Assembly (NCBI GenBank): GCA_020073545.1
Contig: JAIQEZ010000009.1
Location: 528-64,527 of the forward strand
DNA from: Terriglobia bacterium
GTDB lineage: Bacteria; Acidobacteriota; Terriglobia; UBA7540
Reading direction: 5' to 3'
DNA: 64,000 nt
Shown one piece after another: positions 19,354 to 29,540 of this stretch (positions are counted from its first letter, which is position 1; every line of letters begins with the position of its first letter). The notes beneath the pieces were generated by a model, which worked only from the letters and a program-made list of their open reading frames with translations, searched no databases and was not told the origin of the DNA. The position numbers were made by a program, and so were the translations under genes.

Positions 19354-21132
19354 ATGGAGTTGAAATCCGAAATTCAGGTGGACATGTCCGACGGGAGCAC
19401 CGCCACTCCTGTCTCCCGTGGGTGGGGCGCAGAGTGGTGGCAGCCGATCCTGCGCAGCTTCAATCGCGACAGACGCCGGATAGCTAGGGTATTCGTATCT
19501 GCCATCACTCTGGGCAGCGGTCTTCTGAACCTCCTATCCGTCATGGGCGGGCCCTCACAGTCGAGGCTTCTTGCCGAAATCTTTCCCATCGAGTTCATCC
19601 AACTTTCTCGATCCCTTACGCTCCTCACTGGGTTCGTGCTGACAGTGTCCTCACTCAATATCTACAAGTGCAAGAAGCGCGCCTGGAACATCGTGCTTGC
19701 GTTGTCCGCGTTGTCCACGGTCTTTCACCTGATCCGCAGGTCCGACTATCGAGAGGCGGCCTTCTCGCTTGCGCTCGTCGTCTTGCTGCTGTTGACGCGC
19801 AACACGTTCACTGTGAAAAGCAGTGTGCCCGACATTGCCTCGGGTTTTTCACGTCTCGCGCTGGCCGGAGCGATTGCCATCGGATACGGTGTTGCCGGCT
19901 TTTGGTTCCTGGACAGGCAGCACTTCGGAATCAACTTTCATATCGGGGATTCCATCCGCACGACGATTCGTTTGCTCCTGCTCTCCGGCGATCCGCGACT
20001 CGTGCCACGCACTGAGTACGCGCGATGGTTTCTGGATTCCCTTTATCTCACCACTGCCACGGCCATCGTCTATTCCGGGTTCGCCCTCTTTCGGCCGGTG
20101 ATCCACCGATTCCGCGAGGTGCCGCGCGAGCGCGCCCTAGCGCGGGACATCGTGCTGCGGTACGGCCGCACTTCGCTCGATTTCTTCAAGGTTTGGCCCG
20201 ACAAGTCCTATTTCTTCTCGTCTTCCCATCGTTGCTTCATCGCCTACAAGGTGGGTGCTAACGTGGCGCTCGCTCTCGGCGATCCCGTAGGGCCAGAGGG
20301 TGAGATCGAGGCCACGATCCGTGGATTTCTGGAGATGTGCCATCAGAACGGATGGGGCGCAGGATTTCACGCGGCACTTCGTGACCTCATCCCAATCTAT
20401 AGGCGCGTGGGACTGCACAAGCTGAAGATCGGGGACGATGCTCTCGTCGAGTTGACCTCCTTTTCTCTCGAAGGCAAGCCCAGGAGGGAGTTGCGGCGAA
20501 AAGTCACCCAGCTTGAAGCCACGGGCCTCCGTACGGCCGAATTCCAGCCGCCCATGCCGAACCATATCCTCGCCCAATTGAAGGCGGTCTCGGACGAGTG
20601 GCTGAAAATCCCCGGCCGTCGTGAGCGCACGTTCACGCTGGGCCAGTTCGACACTCGGTATCTTCGCCACACTCCGATCTTCGCTGCTCTGGACAAGGAC
20701 GGGAAGGTGCTGGCCTTCATAAACCTGATCTCCACGCGCAACCAGAAGGAGATCAGCGGTGACCTGATACGCCGACGCACGCAGGCGCCCAATGGCACCA
20801 TGGACTACCTCCTCGCCAAGCTGTTCCTGCGCCTGAAGGAAAAAGGCTATGAGCGCTTCAATCTTGGCATGGCCCCCATGGCTGGATTCCACGAGCGCGA
20901 GGAGGCTACCGCGGAGGAACGCGCCATTCACAGCTTTTTCCAGCAGCTCAACTTTTTGTTCAGCTTCCGTGGACTGCGGTACTACAAAGCCAAGTTCCAT
21001 CCCATCTGGGAGCCGCGCTATCTGATCTACCGCCATATCCTGGAACTGCCCCGGCTGGCACTCGCGCTCCGCCGTGTCTCCGAAATCAAAGCAGCTGAGC
21101 GCGATCTGAATGTGGGGGAGCAGTACGAATGA
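19354..21132 (+). CDS. MprF-like aminoacyl-phosphatidylglycerol synthase domain protein (N-terminal TM helices + DUF2156/LPG-synthase C-domain)
   Basis: 592 aa. The N-terminal ~250 aa are hydrophobic. The C-terminal region (YGRTSLDFFKVWPDKSYFF...AYKV...LGDPVGP...MDYLLAKLF...FNLGMAPM) is typical of the MprF synthase domain. Confidence 0.75.
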   Translation: MELKSEIQVDMSDGSTATPVSRGWGAEWWQPILRSFNRDRRRIARVFVSAITLGSGLLNLLSVMGGPSQSRLLAEIFPIEFIQLSRSLTLLTGFVLTVSSLNIYKCKKRAWNIVLALSALSTVFHLIRRSDYREAAFSLALVVLLLLTRNTFTVKSSVPDIASGFSRLALAGAIAIGYGVAGFWFLDRQHFGINFHIGDSIRTTIRLLLLSGDPRLVPRTEYARWFLDSLYLTTATAIVYSGFALFRPVIHRFREVPRERALARDIVLRYGRTSLDFFKVWPDKSYFFSSSHRCFIAYKVGANVALALGDPVGPEGEIEATIRGFLEMCHQNGWGAGFHAALRDLIPIYRRVGLHKLKIGDDALVELTSFSLEGKPRRELRRKVTQLEATGLRTAEFQPPMPNHILAQLKAVSDEWLKIPGRRERTFTLGQFDTRYLRHTPIFAALDKDGKVLAFINLISTRNQKEISGDLIRRRTQAPNGTMDYLLAKLFLRLKEKGYERFNLGMAPMAGFHEREEATAEERAIHSFFQQLNFLFSFRGLRYYKAKFHPIWEPRYLIYRHILELPRLALALRRVSEIKAAERDLNVGEQYE

Positions 21133-21359
21133 GGCGCCGTGCCCAATCTGCCGGTTTGATCCTGCTCATCTTGTTTCTGGCTGCGCCGGCTCATGACGAG
21201 TGTCTCCCGCCCGAAACCACTCAGGCGCTTTTTGCTGCCGCGCACGACCTGAAGAAGTTGGTCGTGATCGACGCCAGCGATCCCAAGTACGACGGCAAGA
21301 ACGAGGAGTTCTTCCGCACGCTGAAAGAGGGCCTGAATTGGATCCAGCTACACCGATGA
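21129..21359 (+). CDS. Small secreted/lipid-anchored hypothetical protein
   Basis: 76 aa with the signal-like N-terminus MRRRAQSAGLILLILFLAAPAHDEC. ATGA start/stop overlaps occur at both ends (21129-21132 and 21356-21359). Confidence 0.55.
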   Translation: MRRRAQSAGLILLILFLAAPAHDECLPPETTQALFAAAHDLKKLVVIDASDPKYDGKNEEFFRTLKEGLNWIQLHR

Positions 21360-22426
21360 AGGCGGTCGCCGCCGGCACCCCGCCTACTGACGCCCCAACC
21401 TCGCGCCTGAAGCGCGCGCTGTTCTATCTGTTAGCGATCGCCTGCCTGGTCTGGGTCTTTCACGACGTTCATCCCCGGGCGCTGCGTGCCGCCATGGCTA
21501 TATCCAACTGGTGGTTTGTCGTGCTGGCGGTCGTCGTGGACATCCTCACCTATTGTCTGCAGGGCATCCGCTGGAAGCTGCTTTTGTCTCCGGTTGGACG
21601 CCTGAGCGCTCTCCGGACCACGCAGGCCATTTACGCCGGACTGTTCGTCAATGAACTAGTCCCCTTGCGGTTCGGCGAACTCGTTCGGGGGTTCCTGGTG
21701 TCGCGCTGGTTTTCATGCGGGATCACCGACGTGGTGCCTTCCATCGTCGTGGAGCGATTCTTAGATATTCTCTGGCTCGCCGTTGGGGTTGCGCTGGCAG
21801 CCCTGTGCGTACCCCTGCCGACGGACCTGATTGAGGCCGGCGACTTGCTCGGAGCCATCCTGTTGGTCATCACGGGGATATTCTTGTGGATCGTCCTACG
21901 GAGGAAAAATGAGCTGGAGTCCGGGGGAGCACAACCCGCTTCCTCATCGGGTATCGCTTCCGGCCTTTCGTCCTTCATTACGCGCCTGGCGCTAGGGTTG
22001 CGTCAGATCGGTACTTCGCGCTGGCTCTATTTCGCGGCACTGCTCTCGTCCGCCATGCTGATGTGCCAGGCCCTCGCCTTCTGGTTCATGATGCTGGCGT
22101 GTGGGATCCGTCGGCCGCTGGTAGTGGGTGCCATCGTCATGCTCATCGTGCGGTTGGGCACGATGATCCCCAACGCTCCTGCCAATGTCGGCAGCTTCCA
22201 GTTCTTCACCGTCCTGGCGCTCGGTCTTTTCGCAGTAAACAAGACAACCGCAGCCGGTTTCTCTATCGTTATGTTCGCCGCACTCACCGCGCCTCTTTGG
22301 ATCCTCGGTTTGTTCGCGATCAGTCGTACTGGCATGCGCCTGTCGACAATACGCGCGGAAGTTGCCAGCCTGCGTCTCCCCGCCCGCTGGGCCAGCGTAA
22401 CCCCGAAGAGAGAAAACCCGCGTTAA
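21356..22426 (+). CDS. Flippase-like membrane protein (LPG_synthase_TM / UPF0104 family)
   Basis: About 356 aa and polytopic. RALFYLLAIACLVWVF...GIRWKLLL...YAGLFVNELVPLRFGELVRG is typical of UPF0104. The start is set at ATG 21356. Confidence 0.75.
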   Translation: MKAVAAGTPPTDAPTSRLKRALFYLLAIACLVWVFHDVHPRALRAAMAISNWWFVVLAVVVDILTYCLQGIRWKLLLSPVGRLSALRTTQAIYAGLFVNELVPLRFGELVRGFLVSRWFSCGITDVVPSIVVERFLDILWLAVGVALAALCVPLPTDLIEAGDLLGAILLVITGIFLWIVLRRKNELESGGAQPASSSGIASGLSSFITRLALGLRQIGTSRWLYFAALLSSAMLMCQALAFWFMMLACGIRRPLVVGAIVMLIVRLGTMIPNAPANVGSFQFFTVLALGLFAVNKTTAAGFSIVMFAALTAPLWILGLFAISRTGMRLSTIRAEVASLRLPARWASVTPKRENPR

Positions 22427-22767
22427 ATTGACCTGCCCATGCCAAGAATTCCCTCGCCGCACGAAACCAATCGGCCAGACCTTCGTAGGCGCTCCATCCG
22501 GCATCCTCATTGTCCAGCATTCCGTCCACGCCCGCTGTTTTCGCCTGCCCGCAAGGCGCTCGGTAGCGCACAGTTTATGCAGCTCGAACTCTGCGGCCCT
22601 CGTATTAATGGCTAGGGTTATAAGCGCTTTAATATTTGTCTGTACCACCAAGCCACGGAGCGCCGGTCCCGCCCTGTGGGATAGCCCCTGGCGCAAGCCT
22701 GCTTGCCGGCAGGCAGGCCCGGGGTTCACGGCCCCCCCTCACCCCCGGCAACGGATCGGTTCCGCCT

Positions 22768-24018
22768 TCACCGGGTCCTGCGCTTCACTTGCCGGCTCGA
22801 GCCGCGGGCAGGCCGCCGGGGCGCTGGCTTTTGGATGGAATTCAGCATCTTGAGGTTCTTATTGATCAGAGCGTAGCGCTTCTCGACGCATGCAGAGCTG
22901 CGTAACGGATCCTCGGGGGTGTTCAACACGTAGTCCAGAAGCCTGTCAACCGTGCTGGTCGCCACATGGAGCCGGGTGTCCGAAGAGCCATAGTAGATGA
23001 AAACCCGGCCGTCCTGGCGCGCGACCCAACCATTGCTGAAGACGACGTTGGAAACATCCCCGATGCGTTCCTCTCCCTGCGGGGCAAGGAAATAGCCCGC
23101 CGGACGGTGCGTGATCACTTGGGGCCATTCGAGTTCGCAGAGGAAAAGGTAGAGCACGTAACGCAAGCCGGCCGCCGTGTTGCGCACACCGTGGGCCAAG
23201 TGCAACCAGCCTTTGTCGGTCCGGATGGGTGCAGGGCCAAGACCGTTCTTCACCTCCTTGATGGTGTGGTATTCGCGGCTGTCGATGATGGTTTCCTCCT
23301 CGATGATGGGGTTCTCCATGCTCGTCGCGAGGCCCCAGCCAATGCCTCCGCCTTTGCCTGCTTGAATGAAGTCGTCTTGCGGCCGCGTGTAGAACGCGTA
23401 TTTGCCCTCCACAAATTCGGGATACAGCACGACGTTCCTCTGTTGCGGGGATTTGGTCTTTAAATCGGGCAGGCGCTCCCAGTTCTTCAGGTCCTTGGTT
23501 CGGGCGATGCCGCACTGGGCCACGGCCGATGAGGTGTCCCAGGAGGGAGCCCGAGGGTCTTTGCGCTCCGTGCAAAAGAGCCCGTAGATCCAGCCGTCCG
23601 CATGCCGCACGACGCGAATGTCGTAGACGTTGACGTCAGGATCCTCAGTCTCCGGCATCAAGAGGGGATAATCCCAGAAGCGGAAGTTGTCGATGCCGTT
23701 TGGACTCTCGGCTACGGCGAGGAAGGATTTCCGTTCCACCCCTTCAACGCGGGCCACTACGAGGATCTTCCCCTCGTGTTCTATGGCCCCGGCATTAAAA
23801 GTCGAATTGATCCCCATTCGTTCCATCAGATGCGGGTTGGTCTCCTGATCGAGGTCATAGCGCCAGAACACGGGTGTATGTTCAGCGGTAAGCACGGGAT
23901 GCGTGTAGCGATCGAAGACTCCATTGCCGGCCTCGATTCGGTGATTCTTTCGCGTCACCAGCTTCTCATGATTCCTGAACAATTCCCGAATCCGGCTTCT
24001 GAATTCAGCTTGATTCAT
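22768..24018 (-). CDS. GH130 glycoside phosphorylase (4-O-beta-D-mannosyl-D-glucose phosphorylase type)
   Basis: 416 aa. The N-terminus ...[44 protein letters not shown]... and the beta-propeller-type sequence are typical of GH130 subfamily 1. Its ATG overlaps the stop of the upstream epimerase (ATGA). Confidence 0.8.
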   Translation of the reverse strand: MNQAEFRSRIRELFRNHEKLVTRKNHRIEAGNGVFDRYTHPVLTAEHTPVFWRYDLDQETNPHLMERMGINSTFNAGAIEHEGKILVVARVEGVERKSFLAVAESPNGIDNFRFWDYPLLMPETEDPDVNVYDIRVVRHADGWIYGLFCTERKDPRAPSWDTSSAVAQCGIARTKDLKNWERLPDLKTKSPQQRNVVLYPEFVEGKYAFYTRPQDDFIQAGKGGGIGWGLATSMENPIIEEETIIDSREYHTIKEVKNGLGPAPIRTDKGWLHLAHGVRNTAAGLRYVLYLFLCELEWPQVITHRPAGYFLAPQGEERIGDVSNVVFSNGWVARQDGRVFIYYGSSDTRLHVATSTVDRLLDYVLNTPEDPLRSSACVEKRYALINKNLKMLNSIQKPAPRRPARGSSRQVKRRTR

Positions 24019-25258
24019 GGCTGTTCTCCCTCGGTCCGAGAACTAGGCCCCGTCGTGTCATGGTTGGCATGCCCCATGCAGTCCAGCCGTTCAATGACTT
24101 CGAAGCACGTGCGGCTGTTGTGGTACGGGCACTTCCACTGATCTACTTTGAACCGCTCCTGGCTGGGTACGCCCGCTCGGGAGACCTTCCAAAACCACTC
24201 GCCATGTTGGCCATCGACGATGTACTTCTCGATGAAGTCCCAACTTCTGCCGGTGGCCGCCCGGAATTGTTCCCGGCCCGAAAGCTGATAGGCGTTCAGG
24301 AATCCCACTACGGCTTCCGCCTGCGGCCACCATTCCTTGTCCGTGTTAATGATCCCGCCGGAGTCCGCCTCATAGAGCAGCCCGCCATCGGGATCGACTG
24401 CCTCGTCGAGCACGGCTTGCGCTATCTTGACGGCCGCTTGCCGCACCTCGGCCAGGAGCCGCTGGTCCCCGAGGATTTCGGCTGCCTCGCAGAGGAGCCA
24501 GCTTCCTTCGATATCGTGACCGAACGAGACGTGATCGGATTTGGGGTGCCAATCCTCATCAAAGAACATTCGGAAGTGGTGCGTCTCGGGGTCGATGATG
24601 TGCTCCAGGAAAACACGGATGAGTTCCTCAAGGCGGCCGCGCAAGCTGCCATTCTCCCAGGAGCGCAACAAATTTGCGTAGGCTTCTAGAAGGTGGAGAT
24701 GGGTGTTCATGGATTTTTTTCGTCCATGTCCACGGCGCTTAGCCGCTGTTCCCGAGCCAGCGCCCAGTCACGCTCGAATGTTTCAAGGTATCCCCGGTGC
24801 AGCGCATCGTGACTGACGGCTTCGATCGCTTCATAAAGACGGATCGCCTTCCGCAGTGATTCCTGATCGTGGGTTGCGCGGTGGTATTCGGTCAGCGCGT
24901 AGACGGTGAACGCCTGACCATAGATGCGCTTCTTAGATTCGAGGTGCCGGCCAAGATAATCCAGGAGCCAGAAGACGCCGTTGAACTCGGCATCCCAGAA
25001 AAACTGGGCAATGTAGTCGTGGGCGCGGCGGGCCGTTCGCAGGTAGACCTCCTCACCGTAAACGCTGAACGCTTTGGAGAAAGTCCAGAGAATACGCGCA
25101 TTCAGGATCAGCCCTTTGGGCGCGAGCGGATCAATCGTAAGGTCATTCGCGATCTGGCCCCTGAAACCGCCGTATTGTTCATCGATCGCGTACTGGACCC
25201 AGAAGGGCAAGATATTCGACCGCAGTTCGGTCTCAACTCGCTGTCGCAGGTTCTGCAC
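24015..25258 (-). pseudogene. Cellobiose/mannobiose 2-epimerase (AGE superfamily) split by a frameshift in an A7 run
   Basis: ORF 24707..25258 (N-terminal half) ends ...[12 protein letters not shown] 24015..24710 starts [11 protein letters not shown]... One extra A in the run at 24714-24720 would give a contiguous ...[18 protein letters not shown]... Confidence 0.8.
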
Positions 25259-25346
25259 GGCTTAACTCCACGGGAAGCAAGTCGAAAGCCGAAAGTGAAA
25301 GGAGCCTGGTGCTTTTCGACTTTCGACTGTTAACTGTCGACTGCTT

Positions 25347-27239
25347 TCAAGCCGTCGCCAAGGGCTCCGCGGCCCTGCGCGGAGCGCTTGCCTGATCGAA
25401 AGCTTCTCGAACCTTCAGGTGGTTGTACCAGGTGAACTTCAGCACGATCGAGGTCACGGCGATGATTGCCGCCGTGAGCGCGGCGCTGCGGAACTTCTGG
25501 ATCACGATGTAGATGGGCAAAGCCACGAGACTGATCTGCCAAGTAATGCCGACCACGACGTTGAACATATCGCGCCAGAAGTCCTTGTTGCGCTTAAACG
25601 TTGGATCTTCGGCGCGGACCTTCGCCAGGATGGGCCCCCAGAACCCCCACGGTCGCACGCGGCGATAGAAGTCTTTCAAGACTTCTTCATCTTCCGGCTT
25701 AGTCAGCCATGTCCCCGCCAGACATCCCACCAGGGAGAGCGCAAAGGTGAGCGGGAACACCAGCGCCACATCCGCGTTCACCGGATGCGCCTGCAAAAGT
25801 CCCCTGACGATGGAAATCCCGGGGAGAAGCTTCGGCAGGATCAACGAGCTGGCGATGCCGGTGACCATTCCCCAGAAATACCCGTAGCCGTTAAACCGCC
25901 ACCAGTACCACTTCAGAGCGTTGGAAGCCGTGTACCCGCCCCAGAGCCCGGAAACAATCCAAAGGACCACGGAGTTTACGGACGTCACATACCAGCCGAT
26001 CAAAACGCCCACAACCACCACGGCAAACGAACTCAGGTAGCTCAACCGGACGTAGGTCCTGGGGCTGGCATTCGGGTTGATGAAGCGCTTGTAGATATCG
26101 TTCACAAAGTAGGGCGGCGCGGCGTTCACCGTGGCCGCGAAGTTGGACATGAACGCCGCCAGCAATCCAGCGATCAGGAACCCGAGCAGGCCGGTCGGAA
26201 CAAACCGGCCTAGCGCGTAGGGAAGCACCAGCTCAAAATCCATGTTCGTTCCCATCGCCCGAATCTGATCGCTGAAGAAAACCAGGGCCAGGACGGTCAA
26301 CCCGGTGATCAGGAAGTAGCGCGGAAAGGTCAGCACCACGTTCACCCAACTGCTCATCATGGATGCTTCACGGGCATCTTTCGACGAGAGGACCCGCTGC
26401 ATGTCGTAATTCGGCGCCGGGCCGGCCATGCTGATCAGCACGCCTTTGAACAACAACATCATGACGAAAAACCCGTAGATTCCGTAGCCGTCTTCCGCGA
26501 TCTTCGCGTTCGCCGCGACGATGAGCGATGACCAATCGAGGTTCAGATGCCAGCCGAAGAAGATCTGGTCCCAGCCGGCGGGGACAACATGCTGAAGCGT
26601 GCCGGGCGAGACTTTGGCCATGGCAATGATGCCGACCGCGAACGAGGCAACCGACAGAATGCAGAATTGGATGACCTCGGTAATCACAACGCTGAACATA
26701 CCGCCCTTGATCACATAAATGGCGGTGATCGCGATCAAGATGGTTGCGTATTGGTTGGGAGAGAGGTGCCAAGGCAGGAACGTCGCCGCAAACTTTCCGA
26801 TCCCTTTGAACCCATAACTGAAGAAGCCAATGATGCTGACGAACGCGTAGATGACGACGATCAGGTGAGCAAGCTGCGCGCCACGGCCCGTCCCGAACCG
26901 CGTCTTGATCCACTCCGCCCCGGTCATCACGTTGGAACGGCGCAACCACGCCGACAAGTAAACCATCAGGAAAACTTGGTTGAAGGTCGGCCACAGCCAC
27001 GGGATCCACACGCTCTTCAGGCCGTAAATGAACATCCAGTAGACGAGCAGCATTGTGCCGCTAATGTCGAACATTCCCGAGGCGTTCGAAATGCCCAGCA
27101 CATACCAAGGCATGACGTTGCCGCCAAGAAAATACGCCCTCATGTCACGGGAAGCGCGATGGGAGACCCAGTAGCCGATCACCACGGAGGCCGCGAGATA
27201 AGCCAAGATAATCGCAATATCAATGAACTGCAAATTCAT
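25347..27239 (-). CDS. Sodium:solute symporter family (SSF) transporter
   Basis: 630 aa with about 13-14 TM helices. The N-terminus MNLQFIDIAIILAYLAASVVIGYWVSHRASRDMRAYFLGG is typical of SSF. Confidence 0.85.
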   Translation of the reverse strand: MNLQFIDIAIILAYLAASVVIGYWVSHRASRDMRAYFLGGNVMPWYVLGISNASGMFDISGTMLLVYWMFIYGLKSVWIPWLWPTFNQVFLMVYLSAWLRRSNVMTGAEWIKTRFGTGRGAQLAHLIVVIYAFVSIIGFFSYGFKGIGKFAATFLPWHLSPNQYATILIAITAIYVIKGGMFSVVITEVIQFCILSVASFAVGIIAMAKVSPGTLQHVVPAGWDQIFFGWHLNLDWSSLIVAANAKIAEDGYGIYGFFVMMLLFKGVLISMAGPAPNYDMQRVLSSKDAREASMMSSWVNVVLTFPRYFLITGLTVLALVFFSDQIRAMGTNMDFELVLPYALGRFVPTGLLGFLIAGLLAAFMSNFAATVNAAPPYFVNDIYKRFINPNASPRTYVRLSYLSSFAVVVVGVLIGWYVTSVNSVVLWIVSGLWGGYTASNALKWYWWRFNGYGYFWGMVTGIASSLILPKLLPGISIVRGLLQAHPVNADVALVFPLTFALSLVGCLAGTWLTKPEDEEVLKDFYRRVRPWGFWGPILAKVRAEDPTFKRNKDFWRDMFNVVVGITWQISLVALPIYIVIQKFRSAALTAAIIAVTSIVLKFTWYNHLKVREAFDQASAPRRAAEPLATA

Positions 27240-27500
27240 GGACCACCTTTATCCGCCCTCGTCGAGGCGTCTCACCACAGGGACGCGGAGGCACGGAGCA
27301 GGAATGCCAGAGGCGGAAGGATGAAGGATGAATTGAAGACGGCCGTTCGTTCAGCATTGCATGGTCAGCGCGCATCGCTTCACTCTGGGTCTCTGTGTCA
27401 ATGTGGTGAAGACTCACAAGTCCTCAAGACTGGAGTTGGACCCAGCCGCACAACTATACAACAGATGTCAAATCGCGATTGGGGACTGCCGCTGGCTACC

Positions 27501-29258
27501 TCATGGCAACGCCCCGGCGAGCAGGAAAACCAGCAGTGCCTGCCAGTTTATGCAAACCTCATTGCTGGCGTATGAGCTCTGATCATCAGCGTAGACCTTG
27601 GCGGGCGGCAAATCGGGGAGCAGGGCCTTGAGTACGGGGTCTTGTCTGGCAGCATTAGGACCCCTGGAGAGCAACCCAGGCCAAGCTTCGGGGTTTTTGT
27701 CAGCGCCGCTGGGGCGATGATGCGGATGACGGAAAGGATTCGCGCCGACTTGTGTTACCCACGAGATCGAGAAGGTGTTACGTCCCAACAGGTAGTGGAC
27801 GTTGTCGAGAGCGGTCTCCACGAAAACGCGGTCCGTGGAGAGAGCGTTCGCGATCAGCAACTCCATGCCGTAATTCGCGGCAAGCCCGTTCGAACCCCAG
27901 AGAAAATCCCCCGCGACCAAGCTAACGTGGTACGGGTTGTGGCGCGTGCGCTCTACCGTCTCGTGCGCTGCCGCGAGGGCTGCATCTCGAACGTCGGCAA
28001 GAGCGTGCGGATCCGAGTCTGGGCAAGTCGCCAGCGCGTACGCCCACAAGCCCATCGGTGCCACCACCCTCCAGGACTCGGCATCGAGAGCGCGCAGGGT
28101 CGGCAGATATTTCGCATGATGGTCGACAAAGTAGCGATTGTATCGAGCCTCGCCCGTCGTTCGCCATAACTCCGCGGCCGCCCACAGCCGCTCGTCCCCG
28201 CAATCCGCATCCCCATACTCTCCGGTGGAGATTCCGGGCGGGTTCTTGAACGTTACGTCCGGATAGCGCTCGGCCCAGGCCCAAGCTTTTCGCGCCGCGC
28301 GCAGGTTCCGGGCGGCAAAAGTCTTGTCGAAGGGCTCATACACACGGGCCGCGATCGCTGCCACCGCAGCCAAGTCAGCGGTGGCGCTGGTGCTTTTGTA
28401 GGGCGCCTTCCCGGTGCCAATCACTTCACTGGGAAGGCGGTCGTCTTCCGGCATCACGACATCGCAAAAGTGCTCGCTCGTTTGTTTGTGCCAGACACCC
28501 CCGTCGTCGTGCTGCATCTTGAGCATCCACTCCAAGTTCCAACGGATCTCGCTCAGGATGTCAGGCGTACCGTTCCCGCTCTCCGGAATGTTCAGCTTGA
28601 TACTTCCCAGCTTCGAACCGAACATCTCCCAGGCCCAGAGGAGAGTGCCCGTCGCAATCCCCGAGTTCACCATGTAGCGGCCATAGTCCCCCGCGTCATG
28701 CCAACCGCCGACGATATCGCGTCGACCCTCTTTGCCGGAAGACGGATGGAAACTTCCCTTGAGATGGCACGCCGCATGGGTGTATCCGGGAAACTCTGGC
28801 CCCAGGTCCACCGCGGCCCCGCACCGTTGTCCATAAAACGCGCGCATCGCCAAATAACACGTGCGGGAAAAGACCTCTGGGCCGATGGAAAAAGTCCAAC
28901 TGCGGCCCACCCCGGGGACGTCGAGGTAGTACGTTCCCGGTTGCCGAAGGCGGGAAAAATCTGCAGCCTCGACCTGGTCTCCCGAACTCGCGTCCATGGT
29001 GCGGGCGCTCAATTTTCCTTGGAACGCCGTAACGTTATCGCCAACGCGCTTCACCTCGAAAGTCTGGGCGGGGGCGCTCACCATGGCAATCTTCGGACCG
29101 TCGAGGGGGTAACCCACCTGATCCAATTTGATGCTGGTGCCACCGCTCTCCCCCACTCTTGCGACGGCCACTGAAAAGCAGACAAGGAAGAACGCCAGCG
29201 TCGCCAACCTTTGAGGCCAGGGTGCTTTGATCAAAGAACCGCCAGAAGGATTCGACAT
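27501..29258 (-). CDS. Glycoside hydrolase family 9 endoglucanase-like enzyme with N-terminal Ig-like (CelD_N) domain and signal peptide
   Basis: 585 aa from ATG 29258 (MSNPSGGSLIKAPWPQRLATLAFFLVCFSVAVA). Contains the GGWHDAGDYGRY motif and an (alpha/alpha)6-type sequence. The rest of the 1238-aa ORF in the track is antisense to the GH94 gene. Confidence 0.8.
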   Translation of the reverse strand: MSNPSGGSLIKAPWPQRLATLAFFLVCFSVAVARVGESGGTSIKLDQVGYPLDGPKIAMVSAPAQTFEVKRVGDNVTAFQGKLSARTMDASSGDQVEAADFSRLRQPGTYYLDVPGVGRSWTFSIGPEVFSRTCYLAMRAFYGQRCGAAVDLGPEFPGYTHAACHLKGSFHPSSGKEGRRDIVGGWHDAGDYGRYMVNSGIATGTLLWAWEMFGSKLGSIKLNIPESGNGTPDILSEIRWNLEWMLKMQHDDGGVWHKQTSEHFCDVVMPEDDRLPSEVIGTGKAPYKSTSATADLAAVAAIAARVYEPFDKTFAARNLRAARKAWAWAERYPDVTFKNPPGISTGEYGDADCGDERLWAAAELWRTTGEARYNRYFVDHHAKYLPTLRALDAESWRVVAPMGLWAYALATCPDSDPHALADVRDAALAAAHETVERTRHNPYHVSLVAGDFLWGSNGLAANYGMELLIANALSTDRVFVETALDNVHYLLGRNTFSISWVTQVGANPFRHPHHRPSGADKNPEAWPGLLSRGPNAARQDPVLKALLPDLPPAKVYADDQSSYASNEVCINWQALLVFLLAGALP

Positions 29259-29540
29259 GGAAGGTGTCTCGCCTCGCCGCGATCTGGAAGACTCAGGCCG
29301 CCGAGTTTCCCGCTTTCCGGTTGGCTTTGCAAACGATTTCAATGTTGGGTGTCGATGTTTCCCGCTTCGCGAAAAAGTCACTGACATGGAGGCGTGGCGC
29401 GGAGCTATCTGTTTTCGCGCCCGATTCAGATATAATCGCGCGTCCCTTTGGCGACAGATCCGTGCCGCTGCACGAACGGCCACCAAGATCCGCCGCGGAT
29501 ACCTCAGTAACCGCGGATATTTATTCCAGGAGCAGTCCTT

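Noticed and set aside
24700-24730. Programmed ribosomal frameshifting at the A7 run of the epimerase
   Set aside because: Restoring the frame needs a net +1 nucleotide (the equivalent of a -1 slip), and I see no downstream stimulatory structure or precedent for this family. A mutation or sequencing indel is the simpler explanation. It remains noted as a finding.
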